From contig NW_003314362.1 of NCBI RefSeq assembly GCF_000143415.4, forward strand, positions 333,648 to 397,647: a stretch of DNA of 64,000 nucleotides, read 5' to 3'. A model generated the notes under the pieces. The model did not search any database and was not told the origin of the DNA. It saw only the letters and a list, made by a program, of their open reading frames with translations. Below, piece by piece: positions 46,972-58,155 of this stretch. Within the stretch, counting starts at the first letter, position 1. The number at the start of each line of letters is the position of its first letter. This stretch comes from Selaginella moellendorffii. Lineage: Eukaryota; Plantae; Lycopodiophyta. The translations under genes and the position numbers were made by a program.

Positions 46972-49549
46972 GCTCCGATACCAAATGTAAGCTCCTGAGT
47001 TTGGACTTCCCGGGAGGTCACCCATCCCAGTACTATTCAAACCCAAGGACGCTTAACTCCAAGTATCCCAAGACCCTTAACCGATTGGAAAAGGGGGTGC
47101 ACTCTTGTTCATGGGCCCTTTCCCTCTATATTTGAACCCCATGGATCGTCTCTCAAGTCGTTCTCTTTCGTTGCTTACAGAACGTTGGATGAATTTTCGA
47201 ACTAACTGGCAAGTCCAAAGTGTATGCAAGATCCCTCACACGCTGTAAAATTGTCCAAGGCCCACAATACCGTGGGGACAACTTAGCACTACCACTTCCT
47301 TTTAGAGATTGTTGTGCATCCGACAGCTTAAGGAAAACCTTGTCACCAACTTTGTACTCTTAATGACAACAATGCTCATTAGCCAATCTTTTGTCTCGTT
47401 CTTGAGCTTACTTCATGTTCAATTTTGCCAACTCAAGCTTGTCTTGCATATCCTCCAGGAAATCATAATCATGAGGAACCCAAACCAAAGCCAAATTCAA
47501 ACTCACAGGAGACCTAGGCTCATAGCCATACATCGCCATAAAAGGAGACATGCCAATAGCCGATTGATGAGCGCTATTGTGAGCAAACTGAAGCAAAGGC
47601 AAGTATTTTTCCCATACTCCCTGTCGAGTCAAGTTTCCCACAAAAGACCGTAGCATATCTTCTAATAGCTGATTCATGCGCTCTATCTGCCCATCAGATT
47701 GTGGATGCTCACCACTACTCATGCTCAGTTTAGTCTCTAGTTTTTCAAAGACCGTTTGCCAAAACTTGGATGTGAACTTAGGATCCCGATCACTCACAAT
47801 GTCACCCGGCAAACCATAGAGACTAAATAACTGGTCTACAAACAACTGAGCAAGTTCAGAAGCTTTTATCATTGTCTTCACAGGGAAAAAGTGAGCCATC
47901 TTCGTCAAACGATCCACAACAACCCAAATAGCATCATTTCCTCGAAAGGTTTTGGGCAAACCAGTGATAAAGTCCATCGAGATGCTATCCCATTTATTCT
48001 CGGGTACACGTAAAGGATGATAGAGGCTAGCAAGCTTCTGATGATCAACTTTGACCGCTTGGCAGGTCAAGCAACCACGTACGTACTTCTCAACATCTTA
48101 CTTCATCCCAGGCCAAAAGAAATGCCTCTTCACCAACATATACGTTCTCAATACCCTCGGATGCCCAGCACTTGGCATATTATGACACTCAACCAAAATC
48201 CGTTTGATGAGTTTGTCAACACGAGGAACCACTACACGTCCCTTCTTCACCAGGATTCCATCTCGTATCTTGAATGACGCAAACTTGTCACCCTTTAAAT
48301 CTGTAGAGGCGTCCCTCAACAAAACCTTCGCGCGAATATCAGTGATAAAGGAGTTGAAGTCAGCAAACTCCTTAAGCTCATCCAAGAGATCGCTGGATAG
48401 CTTCACGAACGAGATAGAATTTACCATCCTAGATAACGCCTTAGCCACCTTATTGTCACCTCCATGCTTGTACCGGATCTGAACAAACATTTCCTGCAGG
48501 AACTCTTGCCAACGAGCAAGGCGGCCTCGAAGATCCACATCTGGAGAGACTAATGAATTGAATCTACATGGAAGTCCGATCCATACAGATAATGTTGCCA
48601 TTCTCAAGTAAGTCAATTCCGCTGTGTGGTATCAAACTTGTGGCTCATGAATGCGAGAGAATACCTAACTTGAAGCAATACGGCCCCAAAAGCACTATCA
48701 CTCACATCATTGCCTATAATTTCCACCACAGTCACCTTATTATTCATTGATCCCTTCAGAACAATCCTTGCTCTAATGTCTAGCTTTATGGCAACGAAAA
48801 CAATTGCCCTCCACCTTGTCCTTCTCTTGTTAGTCCAAACGAAGTTTCTTAGTCTCATTGCCATCTTCATGCTTCAAGCCATCATGGAATAACGACTGTT
48901 TCTTCCCCGAATATGATCTATTTTCACCTTATCCTCACAAGGATTGTGAGACCAACAACTTTCCCACAATTCCAACCAAGAATCAACCTCTTGACTATCA
49001 CAAACATCCGGTGATGATTTCCATTCCATAATACCATAATCCTTGGCATGCTTGATGTACCAATGGTAATCACGGACATGAGATCGATTCAATCCTTGAG
49101 GGTCCATGCGAAGCAAGAAATCCTTAATGAGATTGACGGAATCCTTAACCTCCTTTATGTCGCTTTGAACTGCAGAAATCTGGCGTCCTTGCCGCAAAAC
49201 GACATCATTAAGAGTTTCTTCCGCATCATCATGGCTATCATCACTAACGCCATACTCCTCATCAGGATCAATATCTTGCTCTCCCGCCATCCCCAAAAGA
49301 ATGTGCTGCTTTGATACCAATGAAACAAACAAGAGAGTGAACCCTAGGCCAACCTCCCAACCCTTAAGGCGTTACGGCCTTAAATCCCACAGGCCATAGA
49401 ATATTCTCGGAATATTTCTGTGGTTCATGTCATGATATTTCCTGGAAAGGCCAATCAATGGATCACAACGTTGACAAGAGTATATGCTGATAAGTCACCG
49501 TCACGAAAGCTGTCACAGGAATATTCTTTAGGAGATTTTCCTCATGGTA

Positions 49550-50347
49550 TTAATCGAAAAAGTTTATCGCCTCCACAAGGCTCTGAACACTCATGGCCTT
49601 TACTTTGGCCAAGGCGTTGGCGTCAGCAGCCAAGGAATTACTGTTGAGTTTAGCGGTGAAGCTGGTGATGGTTATGGTGGCTTCCCAGGTGGTGATCTTC
49701 CCCGCCTTCTTTGTCATGGTGGCATCCGCCCAATACATATTTAACTCCGGGTTTGTGGCTGGCGACCTGAAGGAGAAGAGCGTGTACAGTGCCCGAACAC
49801 TAGTGTTGTCCTCGACGTGCGCAAACGTAGGGACGTGCAGCAGCGCCTTTTGCAAAGTCTTGGTAATCTGGTTAGCGGTCTCAGTGTCGTGGGTGCGCTG
49901 CAGGTAGTCGCTGACGTCTTTCCAGATCGTGTCGCAGCTGCCAGACATGTCCTCGCTGGCCGCTGCCGTGAGGTAAACATACTGCGGGAATGTGGTGACA
50001 AGCACTGTCAGAAACTGCTGGAAATGCTTGGCCTGTTGGCTGGCCTCGGCGGGATCGGTGATGAGCTTTGGAGAGTAGTGGGCGAGTTGCATTCCAACAG
50101 CCGTAAAAGTTGCCAAGGCGTGGACATGGAACTTTGGTAGCTTGTAAACCTCGGCATTTGCTCCAGGAAGAGGCGGGGCGTTCACAGCAATAGCTACAGG
50201 AATGTAGACATCTACATCAGTGGCCACATGAGCGTCAACATGCAGGAATCGTGCTCGAGAGACCGCCTTGGAGTTGGAGCTCACGTTCCTGAACACCTCT
50301 AAAGCGTGATTGAACTCATTGTTATTCATCAGCAATGGCAGCGCCAT
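49550..50347 (-). CDS. Gene A copy 2 (protein identical to copy 1)
   Basis: Same ORF translation; only synonymous differences seen. Confidence 0.8.
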   Translation of the reverse strand: MALPLLMNNNEFNHALEVFRNVSSNSKAVSRARFLHVDAHVATDVDVYIPVAIAVNAPPLPGANAEVYKLPKFHVHALATFTAVGMQLAHYSPKLITDPAEASQQAKHFQQFLTVLVTTFPQYVYLTAAASEDMSGSCDTIWKDVSDYLQRTHDTETANQITKTLQKALLHVPTFAHVEDNTSVRALYTLFSFRSPATNPELNMYWADATMTKKAGKITTWEATITITSFTAKLNSNSLAADANALAKVKAMSVQSLVEAINFFD

Positions 50348-52286
50348 GAATATAAAAGCGGGATAAAGAGCAGAGTGATCTAGAGACAACGAGAAAGGAG
50401 CGGATGTTCAGATGGGTAGTCATTCCAGCTTTATATACCACCAAGAGCTTGAGCATGCAAAAAACGATGTCAATTGCAATGAATGATCAAGGACATGGGG
50501 CCATCTTGAAGTTCCAAGGAATGACAGTGAAATATCACTTTCTTAATAGAATGCTATACTTTTTGAGATTGCAAGATCATAGCTAGAACTATACATCAGC
50601 CTACGTACCCTTGCAAAAAAAACATATCATAAATCATCAAGGACATGGCCCCAATATGGAATGACTGTGAAATATCACTTTTTTGACAGTTCTGCTATAG
50701 CAATGTTGAGATTGCAAGATCATAGCTGGTCCAGCATGACATTTTTTTGTTTTGCAAGGGTACGTATGTCGTCAAGAGCTGGAATGACCCATTGCAATTG
50801 ACAAGTAAGTATATACCCTTGCAAAAAAAAAATGTCATGAATGATAAGGGACATGGTTTATATATAGGGCTTTAATTTCGACAACCTACTTGACAAAAGA
50901 GCCTTTAGTGGCTATTTTATCTCTATTTATCCCCCAAGGTTTTAATGATCCATGATGACAGTATATTTAAATATTATCTTATGATCACATGCGCTACATT
51001 AAAGATTGACAATGTAATATACAGCATGCTATACTTGTTGAGATTGCAAGGTCATAGCTACCAACCTATATACCCTTGCAAAAAACATTGTTATAAATTA
51101 TCAAGGACATGTGGGCCCCAATCTTGAAACGAACAAGCGAGCAAACCTTATGCCAACCTCCCAACCCTTAAGGCGTTACAGCCTTATATCCCACAAGCCA
51201 TAGAATATTTTAAAAATAATCCTATGGTTTCATGTCAAATCTTGCTTGGCATAACCAATACACCCTTAGCCCTCACAGAAATCATTAATTATGGCATTAG
51301 ACCAGACAAGGGCTAGAAATGTACACCATCCAGCATGACATTTTTTTTTTTGCAAAGGCTTTTTGCAAGGGTATGCACGTCCTCAAGAACTGGATGCAAT
51401 TGACAAGTATGTACATACCCTAGCAAAATAAAAATAAAAATAAAAAATTGTGAATGGTCAAGGACATGGGTGGTCCCCAATTTTGACAACCTCAAGAGGT
51501 CAAATTCAGCTTCATTGTTGAGATTGCAAGATCATAGCTACCAACCTACATACCCTTGCAAAAAACATTGTCATAAATTATTAAGGACATGGGCGTAGAG
51601 CTGCTACAAGTGGGCCCCAATCTCACTTATAGGAAATGATGGTGAAACATCACTTTCTTATCACTTTAGGGTGTCCTGACAAATATTAATGGTTGCCTCT
51701 GGCATAATTAATTATTTCTAAATCATTAATTATGGCATCTAGGTCCAGACAAGGGCTAGAACTGTACACCAACCTATGTGGTCCATCTTTTTATTTTTTG
51801 CAAGGGTACGTACGTCGTCAATAGCTGGAATGACCGCTCTGCCCTTGACGAGTACATGCAAAACAAATGTGTCATGAATGATCAAGGACATGAGCTTAAA
51901 GAATGACGGTGCATGCTATAAGCATGCCTAGAGTATACCAATGCAATTTTGTTTTCAGTCTCTGCAAATGGACTCACTTTTATTATGCAGCACAGATCTG
52001 GCTGTTGATAATGTCACATGTTCAAAGTTGACATACTACCAAATTCTGAGCTCCAGCTATAAAGATCCCAGTGATCCATCACGGTTAACACCAAGGCCTG
52101 TTATTTGATCTCCTTTCACGTCCAGCAATTGTGTGTTCAGTCTTTCTTTCCCCTCTCAAACCTTATTCTCACAAGTGTGCTTCTGCAGGTAGATCTTGAA
52201 CAATTCCCTCTTTGCAGGAGAGCAACTCTTCTATTGACTTTCTTCTCTTTCTCAGTCAAGCTCGAGCAGGCCACAAGAGCAGAACA

Positions 52287-53126
52287 ATGGGAAGCCTACC
52301 ACAGCTTCTCAGTGAGGACGAGGCTCGACACAACCTACAGGTTTTCACTAAGTCTGCCATGATTTCAAAAGCTCGCAGCTACATCCGCTCATCTCAACCC
52401 CTGTCAGTAGTGATAGAAGTACCGACAAATAATGACATTGTTGCACCTGGGGCCGAAGTTGTGAATGGTCCTGATGACACTGCGTCGTCACAGCTGGAGT
52501 TCTACAGAAACCCCAAGTACCACACTGACGTCCTTGCCACCTTTATTGCCACAGCGATGTCTATTGCTAAATATGTTCCACTACTGACGGAGCTTACAGA
52601 CCAGGCCAACAAACAATCGGAGGATTTTGCCAAATTCCTCCAGATCCTGGTGTCCACTTTCCCGCAGTATGTTAAGTTTGCAGGAGCAAGCAGCATCGCC
52701 ATCGAGAACAAGTCAAGTTATAATCAGTTACTGTCAACGGTGCATGACTTCATACAGGAGACTGCTATTGACCCGTCTAAAGCTGGTGCGGGCGTGATCC
52801 AAATGATCAAGAATGCAACCCATGCCATGGATTCTACAGTAGAAGGCAGCTACAGGCGTTCACTCTATACTTCATATTCTTTCCAGGGCCGTGCTCGCAA
52901 TCCCCAAACGACAATGTACTGGAGTAGTGTCAACTTGGAGAGGAACCGCAGCGGCAAGACTACGTGTGTGTCTGCTGAGCTGAAGATCGTCCGCTTTACC
53001 GTTGAGGTCATCAGTAATTCCGTGATTGCTGATGCTCATATCCTGGCAGAGGCAAAGGGCCGGGCAGCCCAGGAGATTGCGGATATCATAAATGGACATA
53101 TAAATCCGTCCAAGGACAATCATTAG
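52287..53126 (+). CDS. Gene B copy 2 (protein identical to copy 1)
   Basis: Same ORF translation. Confidence 0.82.
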   Translation: MGSLPQLLSEDEARHNLQVFTKSAMISKARSYIRSSQPLSVVIEVPTNNDIVAPGAEVVNGPDDTASSQLEFYRNPKYHTDVLATFIATAMSIAKYVPLLTELTDQANKQSEDFAKFLQILVSTFPQYVKFAGASSIAIENKSSYNQLLSTVHDFIQETAIDPSKAGAGVIQMIKNATHAMDSTVEGSYRRSLYTSYSFQGRARNPQTTMYWSSVNLERNRSGKTTCVSAELKIVRFTVEVISNSVIADAHILAEAKGRAAQEIADIINGHINPSKDNH

Positions 53127-56100
53127 AGAGCTCTGTTGGGGCCGTAAGCCAAATGATAATGAATGGAAATTTGCTCTAAGTATATAGGTATATGGGAAGT
53201 ATGTAAAAGGAAAATTGGTAATAAAAAAGTCCATAAATATTATTAGATGCAGTGATTAAAAAATTAATTAAGAGATCCATAAATATTTAAGTTACAAAGG
53301 TGTGAGTGGGTGACCACTCCAAGGTGGATTATAGTTTCAACACAAGCTTTATCATAGTGGATACTCTACAAGGTTGTTGCACAGTTTGTTGAAGCAGGAC
53401 AATATTGCTTCCCTCTGCTCTTCTTGGCATAAAAACTTTTTGGACCAATATTCAGTTTATTTAGCATTTTACCAGGAAACTTTACATGTAATTTTCTCTC
53501 CCTTATTAAATTTGCCATCGTGAAATAATAGGTAAAGCATTAAATTAGTGGCTACCAGATTATTTGGGTATGATATGTTGTTTCTCAAACTCATCCATAG
53601 TAAACACATGTGGTTTTTTATTTGCAACGCAAGACTCTTCAAGCTAATTCCACCACTGAAGACTCGTATCTCGCAAAACCATTGGAATAACCACTAAAGC
53701 CTTTGCATCTAGAGCTCTTTAGGCAGCCAAAAACTTCTTCACATCAGCTAGTCAAGCTAAACATTTATCCACACCACCATCACTGAAAAAATTACAATCA
53801 TAAGTCAATCCACTAAGGAAGGCTTCCTTAAAGCACCACCACCACTAGCCTTGAGTACCTCAACACACTCTACCATTGTAACCATCATGCCATGCATCTC
53901 CTTTCGCAACTCATGCACAACATCATGGATAGTCCAAACCCCCATAGCTTTGTCAGCTCCACCACTGACACCACTTTTGTCATTAGAACTCCAACATTCC
54001 TCTTGGTTGGCCATTGCAACCAACTCCTCTAATACCATTGCACTAAATAGCAAAAATAAAGAGGCCTAGCCCTAGTCAAAGATACACTTCCTCTTGAGAT
54101 TATTCACCACCCAACCACCTTCAAGCTATCTCAAAAGCTTGACCGCACTGCCACCGCCATTGTGAGCTTTTAGGGTAAGATAAATCCCCTATAACCTTGA
54201 GCTTACCTTTGACTCACGTTGACCATGTGGTCAAAATTGGTACATAACAACCTTCCTTTCAGATTCCGAGGTGGAGAGTGAGGTGCATATGCCATGACCC
54301 TTAGGCAATAGTGTTTCTTCCCAAGGTCCCAAAGTGTGCAACACACCTAAAGACTTGGGATGTTAAAGTGGTCTATGAACAAGTTTTGTGGAACCTTGGG
54401 AAGTTAGGATCCTAGAGGCTTGGAATGCTTGGTTTGCTTGTGCATGAGAGGCTTCAATACCAAATTGTAAACCATAAATTTTTTCAAGCAAATTATTGAC
54501 TCATTTCTATCCTTAATTCTAGCAAAGAATAAAAGCAGATCACTAAGTGATAGCTATGCCAGAGCAAAACCCTTCCCAGGAACTTAGGACTTAAAGTTCA
54601 ACTACATTTCCCATCGATCCACCACCTTCACTTTAGCTATAGATAAGATCCCTTTGCCAAGGTCCACTTCTAGGTACCACTGTCTACTGGATCCTTACTC
54701 GCTTAGCTAGTTATTACATACATACAAGAGTGTTAGCCATTTCTCAGTAATTTCCTCAATTGCTCTCCCAAACCCATACTATAGTGGAGGACAAGCCTCC
54801 TATGGAACAAGAACCGATGGAGGAACCTATGGATGAGGTTTTGGTGCTGGAGGAGGATCCTAGTGAGGAGACCTCTAGGCAAGAATTGAGTGGTGAGGCT
54901 CCTTCCTCCATTGGTATCAAAGGGAGGTTGGTTGTGATGGCTGACCAATAGAAATGCTAGAATCCTAATGACGAAGGTGGTCACAATAGTGGAACTAATG
55001 AAGCTACAGAGGTTTGGATTACCCATGATGTTTTGTATAAGCTGCAAGCCCTCAACAAAAATTAGCAAGAGATGCAAGAGAAGATGCATGGCATAATGAC
55101 TATGATGGGAGAGTGTGTTGAGATACTCAAGGTTGGTGGTGGTGGTGCTTCAAGGAAGTTTTTTTTGGTGGATGTAGCACATGTGGTTTTCACCCTTTAT
55201 CCTATACTATAGGATAATTATGAAGTGGACCCTAAACCCTTTATATGCTACATATCATATACCACATGTCTAAGGATAGTGGAGTAGAATTTGAGTTTCA
55301 AGGCCTTGGGGCCACTGAATGAAAGAATGGAGCCAAACTTCCAAAATTAACCAAGGAACGAAAGAACTGAAACACGGTGCAACTCTTGAGCGTTCAACCT
55401 AAAAAGTAAAGGGACAAGAGTACGGAGCGATATAAGAACAATCCTAAAGCATCTAATATTCCAATGGTAGGACCAACATACAAAACAAAGCTAAACAGAG
55501 TCTAGTGCTATTTTAGCATACTGATGGCCTAACACGAGGATATGGGTACCATGGTATGAAACTTGGGCTTAAACCCAAGCCAAATGCAGAACAAAGACAT
55601 GCATGCAAGTAGGAGTTAAACTATACCTCACATTGGTCAGCCACACTTAATCTACCCACTATCCTTATTATACATTTGGAACCCCCCCGTTGAGGAATGC
55701 ACACTTTGGGCTTTCACCCCTAGTCTCTTTTAATACCAAGAGTTAGTCTTTGGAATAAGTTTGAAATATACTAAATATGGAATGGTGCTAAATTACAAAT
55801 TTGGATATAGAACTAACACCATTGTGTTTAGGACAATCTTTACATTTTATAAATATGCCAATCTAGACACTTTCCATAAATAGTAAATGGGACCGAAATG
55901 AAACTAACATAAGAGGCATAATAACGAGGGTGTTTAGTAAACATAGTAAATTATCATTTAACAAATATTGAGGGACCAAACTCAATATAGGGTGTTATTT
56001 TTTTATTAAACAAGTATATAACTCGATGATGTGAGTTTAATATTTAGGTCTTGTGAAGGCAAGTTAAAGTTGCTCTACAACTAATAATTTTGTGTAAACT

Positions 56101-58155
56101 TCATTAAGGACTATTAACACTTCCTTTACTCGATGATAATTTAGTAATGATGGGCTTATTTTACCAAATAGTGTTGCAAAGGATTGTGTTATGGGTTTAT
56201 ATGGTTTTTCCATGTTGGCGTATCAACTCTATCTTTGTCAATATCATTTGGTTGCATTTATTTTGTGATGTTGGATTACATTAAGTTTTAAATGTGGTGA
56301 ATCCTTCCTTGATATCTGTTATTTGTAGGTAAGTATTGTTGAAAAATTAATCTCAAATACTGAGTAAGGTATCTTTGACTTTGGTTAGCTTAGTTGCTAA
56401 AGGATTTAAAGTAGTGATTCATTCTTGCTTTCTTTTAGTTTTATTTTGATATTGATGGCATTGAAGTGATGCTTTATCATTGACATTGTTGATGTTGAGA
56501 TTCACAAGATTGATATTGAGTTTCGCTAGTTTTAATGTAAATAGTATTAATGATTTAGTTATAGCTTTGTGTTATTGGCATTCATATATTTGCCAGCTAG
56601 TAACTATATTATCATTCAAACAAACTGAGTAGCAAGTTGAGTTAATTATATTCTAGATAACATTGTTTAGTAGGGGTTGAGATTTGGCTTTTCCTTGAAA
56701 AGTGATTTATGGACTATACTAGTTTTACGAGAGGAAAAGTTAGTGATCGATATTAAAGTTGGTTTTTTGTTAGATTTGAGTTGAGAATAAATCGATCATC
56801 GATAATTCTTTTTGTGTTTGTTATAAAGTGAGTTACATTTTATAGAATATAGATTCATGGAAGATTGGTTTGGTAATGACTTATTTAGCATAACTTTATT
56901 ATGCTTATATTTTATATTGATGCAAACATGCTTTTCATTAGCTTTAGCATCATAAATTTAGCTTTTTGACGTGTTGAGGAAGATATTGTGGGTTGTACCG
57001 TGATTTTTTCTTTAACATTGACATTAGTTCATGCAAGATTTGTGACCATGATTAAGTGAGACTTGGCTATAGATTTCTTCGAACTTTTAATTCTTTAAGT
57101 TTTATGTTCATTATTCCATTTGTTAAAAGTTTTTGGGGAAGGCATTTTGGCTTATTATCTTCAATATTAAAGCTAGTATTTTGCATCTAGCAATCATTAG
57201 TGATGATTGACTATCATTCAAGCTAATTAATTATCCTTGACAAAGTTTTGCTTAATTGTTGTTAATATAGAATGATTTGTCCTTTTTCGGGATAGTGGAT
57301 TGACCGGGACTTGTGACCATGATGTTGTTACTTGTTTGTGATCTGCCAGAGGTTTACATCCAAATAAGGAAATGATCGTATTATTGTTCTTTCAAGTTTA
57401 TCAAACAGCTAATACATTTTCTTTCCTTGACTTCCTCATCTATACTGATGTTGATATTGTTGTTGTTATTACTTTTGTTCTTGCCTATTTGATTATACAT
57501 CTTTGGAGAGTTCCTCAAAGACCTGAACATGGTCGGCATCAATCTCCCGAAAATCCTCAAAGACAGCCTAATCTCCAATGGTAGGATACAGATCAAATCC
57601 TGAATTCTGTTGACAGCATTAGCATCCAAAGACAACAGACCCCTTCTGCCTGAGGTAGACACAACACATTCTGAAAAGTGGCAAACACAAAAAGTAGAAA
57701 CACCAAAGCAGCCTGGCTTAAATGCATTAGTGTTTAAATGCAGTAATTCATACATTAATATATCAAGAGAGTGATTACGATTGATGATCTTGCTGTGGTC
57801 TATGTATGGCCCCGCTACAGATTTGCAAGACCCTAGCCAAAGAAAAAGCAAAGGAATTACATGGCTGCTAAAACCACTTCATCTATAGATGCTGTTGAGC
57901 TTGGTGTGCTGGAACACCTCAAATTCCTTCCAGGAGTCAATTAAGTCACACAACGTTCGTATCTTCCCCTGAATTTCATCGTCCATCCTGTGATACCAAT
58001 CACCCTAAACCAACACCAGAAACATCAAGATGTTGCCACCTTTGAAATGTATCCTCCTGCCCAGAGTTGGTCCCAAGAGCATCGACGACATGGAAAACAC
58101 TCGTTTAGCTTTTGCAAGATTGTCTTGATTGCAAAGTGTATTGGCAAGGAGACAA

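Larger units (their letters stand above)
38342..47179 (-). mobile_element. Tandem Cassandra TRIM array (LTRs 38342-38535, 38797-38992, partial 39199-39243, 46986-47179)
   Basis: Minus strand of each LTR carries 5S rRNA A/IE/C-box sequence (GTTAAGCGTCCTTGGG...TAGTACT...GGGTGACCTCCCGGGAAGTCC); short internal domains with PBS (TGGTATC) and PPT; TSD GAACG; inserted in the HPTF|HVS motif of the host integrase. Confidence 0.92.
37701..49432 (-). mobile_element. Ty3/gypsy chromovirus derivative with very short LTRs (37701-37812 and 49321-49432), specific to copy 2
   Basis: 112-bp TG...CA LTRs; TSD TGATA; PBS (GCTTTGATACCA before 49321); PPT at ~37813; gag, zinc-knuckle, RNase H, integrase (47408-48070) and chromodomain (~38070-38280, LLVQWNGY...ATWE) remnants; RT missing. 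Confidence 0.93.
34627..58155. repeat. Tandem segmental repeat, copy 2 (~11.8 kb core plus 11.7 kb nested LTR insertion)
   Basis: Near-identical to copies 1 and 3 outside 37701-49432. Confidence 0.95.
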
